From positions 248,001 through 312,000 of the forward strand of contig JAHLTZ010000021.1 in the NCBI GenBank assembly GCA_025786725.1: DNA of 64,000 nt, written 5' to 3'. Positions 36,793 to 48,481 of the stretch are shown in pieces (the stretch's first letter is position 1; every line of letters starts with the position of its first letter). The notes below the pieces were generated by a model, which was given only the letters and a program-made list of their open reading frames with translations, was not told the DNA's origin and ran no database searches. The position numbers and the translations under genes are program-made. This stretch comes from Syncephalis fuscata S228. Taxonomy: Eukaryota; Fungi; Zoopagomycota.

Positions 36793-38961
36793 TTACGCAA
36801 CGACGTTTTGTCGGCGACGAATAAGTGTCGCATTATCGAGTTTCAAATCAAAGTTAAACCGTGGCTTGCGAGTGCCGCGTGACGTTGGCGGTGTAATATT
36901 AGTTGTAGCGCTTGCCACAGAACCCGGTGTGCCATTAGTAGTGATGGTCGTACTAGTACCACTGCTCTGAGGCGGATGGCGACGTGTAGAAGCAAGTGTA
37001 GCTGCAACAGCTGCTCGTTGTAAGGCCAAATCCTCATCAACAGTCTTTGCTGTACTGTCGGTCACTTGTTCAATCGATTCAGTATGTGGCGTCGACGTTG
37101 CTCATCTGAATCATCGGCGGCCACTACTACCATTGGTTGATCATCGTCCTCGCTAGTTGGTGTATCTGATTCTTCATCCCGTGTTGCCTCGTAATACTGG
37201 CTTGTACGGAAGTGATTGTAATAGGCGCTGTTTTCATCGCCAGTTGTTATCACCATCGGTTGAGCTTCGTCTTTTTCTACAGTATCAATATTATTAGGTG
37301 TAGTAAAAGCCGATCGATCTGATAATTCAATGTCTTGTAGACTCATAATTGAATTGATCATGCCGTTGGTTGATTCTTCGCCCTTCTTATTGTCGTCCAA
37401 AGCGGCACCGGCTGCATCAAATGGTGAACAGTCCGATGCAGCAGCGGCAGCAGTTTGTTGATGAGCAGCAGGTGTGCGATTGACTTGGCGTGCTTGCTTA
37501 CGACGTGCTGATGCATCGCGTCGACGACGAGCAGCGTAGGAGACGTCGAATGCTGCCTTCATAGCAAATGCACCCTCTGGCGTATCCAACGGAGTAACTG
37601 GGATATCTGCACGACGACGTAAAGCAGCTGTGCGTAATCCAAATGGTGTTTCACCAGCTTGGTCGGTATTAATATCGCCATTAGCAGACAAATGTGCAGC
37701 AGCCGCAGCAAGTTCAGCTTGTCGTAATGCTTCGGCATCATTGTTGCCCGCTTGGATCCATGGGTGAGCCAGGAACTCGCTAATGGTGTAGCGTTCACGC
37801 GGATCGACCTTCAACAAATGAGTAATAAGATCTTTAGCCTCGGCCGATATATCATCCCACCACGGCGATAAAAAGCTGTATTGACCACGGGCTACCTTCT
37901 CCGTAAGCATTTGGACATTCTCATCGTAGAAGGGTGGAAAGCCGCATAGCATGGTATAGAGAACACAACCTAGTGCCCACATATCAACACCCATGCTATA
38001 GCGTTCGTCATTGACAATCTCTGGTGCTGTATAGCCAACAGTACCACAAGGGGTCATTGTTTGTTCGCCCCATACTTCTTTAGATAGACCAAAGTCGGCA
38101 ATCTTAACTCGGCCAATACCACCACCACCTACACCAGGTACAAAGAGACCTTCGTCTACTTTGTCTTCATCGTAGGGTGCAGGAGCAGCATCTGGACCGG
38201 ATGGTCGAATAGCAATAGGCTCAAACAGAATATTTTCTGGTTTTATATCACTAAATCATCAATACGTATTAGCAAAAAATATTGTCAAAACTATAAGATG
38301 ATTTTAATAACCTACCGGTGTACAACGCCCTTTTCTTCATGCAGGTAGCGAATGCCATCGGCCACTTGTAGAATAACATGGCGTGACAAGCTTTCGCTAA
38401 AATACGTAAGCTTGACAATGCGATGGAATAGTTCACCCCCCGTAAGAAGTTCCAAGATAAGATAGTAGTAATCGCTTGATTCACGGAAGCCGTAGAGTCG
38501 AGCAATGTTAGGATGCGATAGACTGCGCATAATAACTGCTTCTTTAAGTACAGCGGCCCGTTGGCTGTAGATAGCTGATATTTGCGTACTACTTTAATAG
38601 CCACTGGGCGGCGATGTCGCAAGTCATATGCCTTGAATACTTTACTAAATGCACCACTGTAAAATAGTAAATAACAAATAAATAACGCTAATTAGTAAAT
38701 GCCATATACTATATTAGGCAATACTTACTCTCCCATCTTTTCTAGTATACGGAAATCCTCCAAACCTGGATAGAGCGGTGGTGGCGTCTTAAGCGATCCA
38801 TCTGGATTCTGGCCTGGAGGCGGCAAGAGGAAGTCGTCTGGATGTGCAGCTGTTTCCTCCATAAGCCGCATTGCCCTGTGGGTAGGGTTATTGGTGTCGT
38901 TGGACATTTGATATGCTGTAGCTACTGCAATTGCTTCCATGGTCGAGTCCACAGTAGTCAT
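36793..38961 (-). CDS. CAMK-group MAPK-activated kinase, Srk1/Rck2-like; two apparent 1-nt deletions (about 38565 and 37100)
   Basis: MGDGAFSKV, VAIKVVRK, GGELFHRIVKLTYFSESLSRHVI, HRDIKPENILF, GGGGIGRVKIADFGLSK, TPCGTVGYTAPE and C-terminal FDLKLDNATLIRRR. Donors at 38728 and about 38315. Confidence 0.92.
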
Positions 38962-39625
38962 TGCACTTAAAGCAAAAGGAGATAAGCTGTCTTCAATATC
39001 GCCAAGGTTTGTGCTTGGTTGATGGGCTAGAAGTGAAAAGAAAAAAGAAAGAAAAGTTCAACAAATAAACAGCACAGGTTAATATGACAAATCACAGTAG
39101 CAATAAAAAGCACAAGCAATATTATATAAATATGTTGTGTGCGTGTGTGTGCGCGTGTGGGCTGTGTGGAAGGCCAGTGTACACAGTACAGTACAAAGAA
39201 AGATGAGAGTGTGGGAAATTAGCCAATACGTAGTAAATACTGAACAGTGCCAAGCTTATAAGTAGTAAAACGAGAACAGTGCGTTCAGCGTTGTTGTTGT
39301 AAACAGGAAAGTATGGGGCCAGTGAGAAAGAGCGTATAATATTGTTACGGTTGTTGGTTTGGTTGAAAAGGATACGCGTGCAATGTCCAAAACACTCAGT
39401 GCTCAAAATAGTTATCGACCAGCACCGTCGTAGCACACGCAAAAACACGTGAAATGCCAAGAGCTGAGGAGGTCGTAATGCTAAGTCAAACACAAGAACC
39501 AGAACAGTAGCAATAGCAATAACAACAACAAATGGCAATGACGAATAAACAGCGAAGGAGAGAACAGTGTACGTATGTTGTTGTTATGTCAAGGAACCAA
39601 TCATTATGATATAGGTAGATGTCGG

Positions 39626-39646
39626 TATATATATATATATATATAT
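39626..39646. repeat. (TA)n microsatellite
   Basis: About 10 TA units. Confidence 0.9.
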
Positions 39647-40107
39647 TTACAACGCCCAATCAGTAAACATAAATGGCTAACCTGTAACGAGCCATTAATT
39701 GCCAGCGCATCTTGGCAATCATGTCCATTGACCTATGCGCAATCATCATCCGCAATGGTGCGTCAGGATATATCACACCCATACACACAAAATACACATA
39801 GGCGACTTTGATTATTATTAATCATCATCATTACCATCAATAATGATATTACCCATTTACCGAATCATGGTAATCTACATTCCATTAATGGTATAGCCGA
39901 TATTCAAAGGCTACTCGGAATTAATGTGTCATCGGCCCGTTAATTATTACCCCTTTTACATCTTTAATCTATTCTACACTCTGACACTGTGCCGTATTTA
40001 GCCGAATCCCCAATCAATGGACGGAAGCCCATCTTGTACATTCATACACATGGCCATATCAACCATAATATGACCTCATGGTGTTATAATTATCCATTAG
40101 AATGATG

Positions 40108-40126
40108 ACACACACACACACACACA
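40108..40126. repeat. (CA)n microsatellite
   Basis: About 9 CA units. Confidence 0.9.
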
Positions 40127-40207
40127 AATAAATACATAAAAGTACAGGTTATACTGTTACTATATAGCTATACATAGAACGCTAATAAAATGACGTCATT
40201 CACTTAC

Positions 40208-41552
40208 CTTCTGTAGTAGAGTCGCGAACTGGTGAATTGTTGCGATAAATGAAATGTGTGCCCATATCACCATCATCGCTAGATGCTAGTGCACTATCGT
40301 GAGAGGCCAAATTTCTCATGGCGACAATGCCAAGATAGTTTGTAGGATGACATAAATCCTCAATAAAGCTAGATGAGGATGTTGTGGCATTAATGGTATG
40401 TAAATCATGGTCATGGGATGATAGATAGGTATCTGACGTTTCACTAAGAGGTGAAATTTGTTCATCCGGTACATATCCAAAGTCATCATCATCATCATCA
40501 TCGTCATCTAAAGTAGCTTCGTACTCGACAGTCGCCCGTTCAATGGGGTCGGTATCAAGTCGAAGGAATGAGACTTTAATGGGACTGGTTGATAGCATAT
40601 CAATTGAATTGATGGATGGATGATAGCGCGAGGTAGCGGTAGCTACACTTGAAGCGCGACGGCGTTCGCGAGCAACATCGGCAGCGATAGTCGTTAAGCT
40701 AGTTGAGCTTCTATCGTCGCTCTTATCCTCTGCATACCATGCTTCGCCATAAGTAGTACTTGCTCGTAAAACAATATCCTCATCTTCTTCTCCTTCAGAG
40801 ACGCGTTGCATTGGTGGATCAGTAATGATTTCCTCTGACTCAATACCAGTATCCGATGTGTTGTCAAGACTAACACTAGTAACAGAGGAGGCAGCCGATA
40901 AACCAGAGTATTTTGGCTGCGTTGCTGGATTAACGACAGCTGATGAGGAAAAGGAGCTGTTTCGAATAATAGGAGTATGTGATGTTTTATCGTTGGTCAT
41001 CTGATCGTTCGCCTTGGAACGTAGACTGATGCGACGAAGCAATGGCATGCCAACACTGAAGGCACGCTGGCGACGCTGTTGCTGTTCATGGTCTTGGCTA
41101 ACTTCGCCATAGGTTGCAGTATCGTTAGTGGCGGTAGGTGTAGTTGAACCGGACAGACTGTGGCTATGTGGCGAAGAGCGTTGACGTCGAATACGACTAG
41201 AGAGCGATAATGGATTTATGGCTGATGACATTGAACAAGTGGGTGGTGGCGGTGAAGAGGATAAGTCATTGGTAGCGTTGTTGTTGTTATTGTTAATTTC
41301 ATTACGAGATACGGTTTGCGACAAGTATTTCTCGATTGTATCCAATTCACTATTGGATTCTTGTGGCTGACGCGGGTTTTTTATCAAGCCTTTAATACGA
41401 GACATGACTGCGCCTACACTACGCCGTACAGAATTGTGTTTTGGATGGCGACGGCGGCGACGGTCGTTGCTACTGCTACTATTACTACTTGACGCAGTCA
41501 TAATGTCGTCGGCAGTAGCTGCAGTAGCCGCAGCCGTAGTATGTGTAGCCAT
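40208..41552 (-). CDS. Ser/Thr/Arg-rich disordered exon of about 450 aa, probable upstream first exon of the Srk1-like kinase
   Basis: ATG at 41552. The ORF ends at a perfect phase-1 G|GTAAGT donor (40207) that matches a phase-1 acceptor at 39027 in frame with the kinase. Confidence 0.7.
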
Positions 41553-43479
41553 AGCGACAGGGTAGGTATAGCGACAGGTGTAGGTGGCCGGTATTCCATG
41601 GCACACCGAGTAGAGTAAACGCAGAATTCACTATAGATAATAAATCAGTAGACGTAAACAACTAAATACTAAATAGATAGTAATAAAATGAAAACAACTA
41701 TCATAAGAATTGCACTAGCTGTTTAAAATTTAAAAAAAAGAACTTGAAGAGAAGCCAAACGAGAAAGAATACAACCAATTTGGGCTGCGCCAAGAAAACT
41801 TTCGCTTAAACACGTGAAATACTATCGGCTGACACCGAATGCGTCACGGAACGAGGGACAAGTTGTTGACCACTTCGCACAATAGTGCTTGCCGTGTCCG
41901 TGTCCGATACGAGAATAAACCGAAAGCACGCTAAACTCCCACCCTCATGTACCTCTTTGCTCACACCGATGCACGGTTATACGTACCCTTATACTTGGTA
42001 CGATAGAAACGACTGTTATGCACGCGCACGCAGATGAACCGAAGAAGAGTAACGCAACAATAAAAGGAGTGCAGTCAAGGCTTGAGAGTCAAGGCGCAGT
42101 AGTAGCGAAATAGTAAGATTGAATGGTCGTTGGAATTGATAGATACACGTAAAAATAAAGATAGTATGGACAAGGTTTCAGTTTCAAATTAAATGATATA
42201 CAGATTCAGAGTGAGTGATAACACGGATTTTAATGACCGATGGTGATTAGCGGGAGGAAGAACGTAGTAAGTAATCGTGGTGAGATAATGAAATTGAACA
42301 AACAAGTTTACTAAAGAAAGCATGGCTATTATTTATAGCTCAATGCATCTTACACTGGACAACATGGTTGGTTACACGTTCGAATATTTCTATTTGTTCG
42401 GTGTAAAAGTGAGAAGTGTATCAAATGCAATGGCAGTAACAGTCATGCAGCCATTGCATGTGGTAACGAGAAAGACAATTCTACGATGCACAGCAGTCTA
42501 CCCATTGTAGTCTTTTGTCGCACGGCAATGTGCAAGACGATGCATACCATTGCTTCTCTTAAAACATCACGCCTCTCTCCGTTTACACGGCCCAACCGGA
42601 TAACTGCATGATCAGAAAGACCTACCTGCTTTTTCGACTTGACGATGCTGTAGTAGACGAACCAGTTATCGGCAAACACAAGCGCTTCAAAAAGAAAGTG
42701 TGATGCATAAAATACGTGTCAAAATGTGGGGAAATAGCGCAAAAATAACCATATACATGTAGTAGCGAGTAACGATAAACACATTTTTATTCGTCTTTAT
42801 TTTGTGCATTTTATATCACGGCACAAACTGCCAATGTCGGTGTAATTGCATAATACAATACCGATCCGTGACGTTGCGAATGACATGGATGATATCATTT
42901 TAGATATGACATGCAAATTACATCATTATTTGCATAAAAAAGGAAACTGATGGAAATACAAAAAATTGGTACTTAACCTAATGCGGCCAGTACTGATAGC
43001 AAAGAGCGGCATAATAAAAAGCGACCATTTTGCGTGGGATATTTAGGATAAGGCGGTCGTTTGCTTTTGCCGCTTCTAATTTTATTGCTTGGCAAGGCCT
43101 GTTGCTTAGACAGTATTCTATTTAACTTAGATTATTCAGCTATTAAGCTTTAAATTATACGGCTTAAGTACAAGTGCCCCTTAATATTATGAAAGTACTA
43201 TTTATTTATTTTTAAGCTAATATTCATTGCATTGTTATTCAAAGTAGGTCAACACTACTCCTCATTATTTGGTGAATTCAAATATCATGTTTTTACATAT
43301 AATGGTTTATAAATGCTACGCAATGTAAAATTTAAATGATAATTTATTTAAAATAATATTTGCTAATACATTCACTAGGTTACTAATGATCATGTCATGT
43401 AATGATGGCCTATTTTTAGTGGTGAAATAATCTTTGCTATATGCTATCTATCTTTTTATTGAAACTCACTATTTTATTT

Positions 43480-44260
43480 TTAATCTGTTCTATAATATAA
43501 TCGAATTGTTGGGTAGATTGACTTTTGTTATTCATACTCCACTTATTAGTTAATAAATTTGATTATCATGCTTATAAATATTGACTGATTAAAACTCATA
43601 ATTACGTCATCACATTTCCCTTTCTCTTTCTTTACACTTGACAGCATATATCCATTGCATATACTTGTAAACTCTATATATGTTATATAGATAGTGTTAG
43701 TAGTTGAATGACTACTAGTTAGGTACACACACTTTCTAAACTATGCACTTGCATTGCTCTTTTGTAATCTTGCCTTCTTTACTCTGATCATTGCGTTTAG
43801 CAGCTTTATTGACATGGTAAATGCATTCCTGGCTTGTTTTTATGTTATTTTGAGCATATGCTGTTAAATCTCGTTGTCTGCTTTGTTTTACTATGAACTA
43901 CAATTGCGGTTCATCTAACAGCAACTCTGCAAACTCAACAAAGGCAGTGGGATCTGCTACTGTTGAGGCTGCTTAAACTGCTGTTAATACGATCTGCCAT
44001 GGCGATCTATAGCAAAACAGAGTATACAGTGTTTTTGGCAGCATATAGCCACCGCAGTCATCATGGACAGCTTCTGTATGCGCACAGCAGCAACAGTATA
44101 GAAAGCTTTGCTAGTATAGTCACTGAGCAAGTTTTCAGCACCAGTACAGCAGTGCGCTCTGCCACTGTTGATAGTGTTGTATTTATATAGCTCTAACACA
44201 ATGGCAGCGGTGGTTACATGCGCTGTTAACTCCCACCGATTGTTTTCTTTGTTATATATT
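43480..44260. repeat. Dispersed repeat family, copy 2
   Basis: About 300 bp highly similar to 49590-49875 (gactactagt, ttctaaactatg.acttgcattgctcttttgtaatcttg), with weaker similarity continuing to about 44260. Confidence 0.85.
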
Positions 44261-44786
44261 TATTATCTTACACTCCAAACATGCGTCATTTCTTTAGATT
44301 CTCAGTAAATTTGCTACGGTTTATTGAATCTGGTATGCATTCATTAAACATAAACGATGTCATGCAAAATATAGTTTTATGTTTCCAAAAGTCTTCTTAT
44401 TTGTCTTTATTTAGTATTAACCAATGTAAATATAATTGAATAATCAAAGAAAGTGTGTAATACTAACAACAAAAGTATAGAATTTATTTATACGTTTAAG
44501 TGAGTGAAATAAGCGCATTGCTTTGACGCTTATAATAAATGCAGCTAATGATAAACAGACACCATTTATTAGTGGTATGTGACCAGTATATAGTACAGTG
44601 ATGTACAGTAGAATGATATATATAGTAATAGGCATGAGTTGCGGTGTGGGTGTTACAATATATAACGCAATAGGCTAATTGAATAAAATGTACTGAAAAC
44701 TACAATGAATAAAATGTTTTTATCATATAATAGAATAAAATGAATGAATAGAAAATATTGTATGTTTTAGCAGTTGACAAAATATA

Positions 44787-45321
44787 CTATATAAAATACT
44801 CATATCTACAATATTTAGAAACAAACAAAAATGTCGGTAGTATCGTTATAGTATTAGTCAATAAACTATTCGACAGCATTCCACTCCAAGAGCTATCGTC
44901 GGATGATGCCGTATCTGGTAAATACCAACAACAACTATAATTGATATGCCAGTGTAACAATTGTTGCATAATGTTTCAACAACAATCAATCAAGTACCCC
45001 TAAATGCTTACTGTCAAATATTATACAAAATAGTTTTAACGAGTCGCCTTAGCATAATGTTGACTCGGCAAATGAATTGCAATTACCATTAATAGGATTA
45101 TCTGTTGGATTGTATGTAATTGCAATATCTGCACGGCGCAATAAGGGCTCATTAAGACCATGATTACACATGTACTGGCCAAAGCCGGGTGTTGAATCAA
45201 AACATATGTAATAGTGTAATGGTGATTCTTGTCTATTAGACATGGTATTATTAAAACTAGTATTTAGATTAAACAGTATCAATAATATCGAAAACCAGTA
45301 TATATTGGACGCCTTAGGCAT
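44787..45321 (-). CDS. Possible small secreted or membrane protein or pseudogene; exon structure unresolved
   Basis: ATG at 45321 with hydrophobic N-terminus (YWFSILLILFNL), Cys-containing 90-aa ORF, and a downstream exon-like fragment CCWYLPDT...ILPTFLF. Confidence 0.35.
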
Positions 45322-46370
45322 GCCATGAACAAATTATTATTTTAATGACTATTGCGTTGTTTGATACAATTATGAATGATTGGTAGATTGTCGAATTGGC
45401 TATTTTGAATATGCATGATGACTGGTTTCCCCTAGCTCACGGCATTGAAAGCTTGCTAAAGCGTGAGTTGGTTTACAGTACACGCACAATTAGCGTGATA
45501 CTATGTTTTAAACGCAGAACAAGACCACACTAATTATTTAATTTCAACGTTTATGTTTCATCTTGCAACAATATTTTCACAAAAAGTTGCTTATCACGTT
45601 CTATAACTTGTTTAAGCCGATGCCATTCAAAGAAATTGCTATGAATTACACAAGCCTTTTGTCTTCAACTGTAAGGGTATCTATATACTATTCAAAACTA
45701 TTACCTTTGTTCTATTGCTATTGAATCTGAACTAGTATAAAATAAAGTAATAGCTCACTGTTATATATTAATTATTGTGGACTAATATCGTGTTTAAATA
45801 TCAACAGAGTATGTAAAATCAAAGTCAATGATGCAAGGGTAGACGGCAGCAAATGTTGCCATTTAGCGAGTGCATGTGGATAGATTTCAGCTAGAATGGG
45901 CCTGAACTTTGGGGGGGGGTGATGTCCCGTTACATTGAACATTTATGGAACATAAGCTGATAATAAAAATGTTACACAATATAGTAACAAATACAGGTAT
46001 GCGATGTATGGTATGTGCGTGTTCCAGATACGTTGTCCATTGAACTGGGTACATGCCAACTTACTGGGCTATTTTTTTGGATGTTGTTTATTGGTATCCG
46101 TGACTTAAGCCAGAATAGAAATTTAGAAGTTTGATGCTATAAAAGTTCAAGCAAATAACCAGGTTTATCTTGATTTATATCCATACTTTATTCTCTATTA
46201 TCTCGGCTCTTCCTCTATCATCAAGTGCAACTTATTTCTCGATAAATAACACTTAGCTACCTCTTTTTTGTTACAGTTTGCTATTACAATTACTAGCTCA
46301 TATAGTATCGCACACTTTTGACATCACACTTTACAACACAACACTATTATTTATAAATAACTACACCATC

Positions 46371-47536
46371 ATGTCGGATGCTTTTGACTCAAACTCTATT
46401 GATGATATGGCTCCAATAGGATCTCCATTGCCTGGAACTGATCCAGTCGGGGACATTATAATGGCAATTTTATTCTTTGGCGTTGGCTGTCTCCATCTTT
46501 GGCGCAATAGCCAGACAAATACTAGCTGCCATGTCATAATGACCAGTGCCGTATTGTTTGCTATAATTAGCCTTGGTATGCGTATTCATGATGTATATAA
46601 TTTCAAGATTATAATCTTTAATTCTTCATTGCCGGTACTTGTTGTTTCCGGATGGATAATTAAGGTTACTGTTGCGTATTTGGGATTAGAATGGTAAGAT
46701 ATATGTTCATCTTTCCTTTATTCAATTATCATACATCCACTTAACATTGTATCAATACTATAATAACATGTAACTAATTAAATTTGTGCAACAGGAGTCG
46801 TTCTATGAGAAAGGCAATTACCCAGCAAGCTCAATTGGTTCATCGATTTAGCATCGGCGGAATATTTATCTATAGCATCGGTAGTACTTTGGTAATTAGC
46901 GGTTGGGTTATTTACCTTAATCCTACTACTCTATCGGCGTTTAATGCAGCACCTACTTTAATGAAGTTCGGTTATAGAATAACCTTAGCATTTAATCTTC
47001 TCTCGGCTGGCTTGTTTATTTGGCAATTTTTTAAAACCAAAAATGATAGCATTCCGGGATTAAGCGCTAAGCGTAAACAAGTACTCGTATTAACAGCCCA
47101 TTGCATCTTAATATTCATAGCTGATATGTTCTACCATCTTGGTCCTGTTAGGGCTGGTCATGTTTTCCATATTCTTGTTTTGTGTGCTGGTGTCTATACA
47201 CGTGAGGCTTTAACAGGATTTGATAAAGAGCCTGATCTTACCAATTGCATGCCTATTGTTATACCCACCGTCGCTTATGGTCAGCAAACGGTAAATATGG
47301 CAGCTAATCCTAGTATGGTGTTTATGCAGCCTGTACACATGGAGCATCCTGTTGTTTATCAACACCACGTCGGCACTGAAGAAGCCAATGCAACTACTCC
47401 AGCTATTTATACTAATGTGCAAACTGCCGATTCTTCCGAATCTGACACTTCGTCATTTAGCGATAATCATGCATTTGTGGTTGAAGATCCAGCCTCAAAT
47501 CCAAATCCATATGCTGCACCTTATCCACAAGAATAA
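46371..47536 (+). CDS. Multi-pass (about 7 TM) membrane protein, RTA1-like topology, 2 exons
   Basis: Seven hydrophobic segments with H in TM1 and R after TM2; intron 46694-46794 in phase; Pro/Tyr-rich cytosolic tail. Confidence 0.7.
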
Positions 47537-48362
47537 CTGATTAAGGTTATTTATGATATATTCGTATTTCATTAACATTGGCTAATTCAAATGAATAAAC
47601 AATAAGAGGCAGCAGTTTAGTATAAAAATGTCTATTTGAAAGTGTGTGCTTTTGCTCAGAACTTTGCCCTATTATGCTTTATTTGTAACTATTGTCTGTT
47701 CAAATTCAGCTTTACTATTTATGAATTTGTGTTGTTTTGCTCATCAAGTCATACGCAGCGATAGGACAAACTATATTGTAAATAACATTGCAGTATAAGG
47801 AAAATGAAATACGAAAATAAATAATATATGTATACTAAATACTAAATCTACGATAATGAGTATTTTGATTATTAATGCCACTCACCGCCTATTATCATGT
47901 TCAATAGCTTAAATATTGTTAAATGTAGTTATTTGATCCTTAGTGTTGATGTAATTAGCAACATTACTAATATTATATTATTGGTCTGCATGGCTGTGGC
48001 TGCCACACAATAAACTATTGTCTTTTTTTGCCTTGTACTATTTAATTATTGCTCAACTATCACTTTTGTTTATAATTTAAAGGTAAAATTGATATTGTTT
48101 AGATTGAATTGCTATAATTTGATTTAAATCATAATTTTTAAAAGAAATCAATTTTACATTATACTGAATATACAAGTGGTTTAACAATTAGTAATTTAAT
48201 AAAGACATTTATTATTCATTTTTATGTTAGACTACACTGTGTAAAAATTACATTGTTGTTAATATTTGATTTTATACGTATTCTATTATTTAAGATTATT
48301 AATTAGTTTTATTTAAAATAATCCGGAAAACTCGGCCTGCCCGCTTTTTCCAATTCATATTG

Positions 48363-48481
48363 ATTTAACGATAGAAAAAATTATTATCAATAATTTATCT
48401 TAACACGCCACCTGCCAATTTTTGCAGACTAAGGCGGTGTGTTAAGGAAAATTATTAATGAAAATATTTTCCACCATAAGA
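48363..48481. mobile_element. Imperfect palindrome of about 118 bp, MITE-like
   Basis: Left arm aaaaaattattatcaataatttatcttaacacgccacc versus right arm ggcggtgtgttaaggaaaattattaatgaaaatatttt. No clear target-site duplication. Confidence 0.5.

Noticed and set aside
39122-39538. 138-aa hydrophobic ORF upstream of the kinase
   Set aside because: TTG start; composition follows the pyrimidine- and microsatellite-rich UTR or intron sequence.
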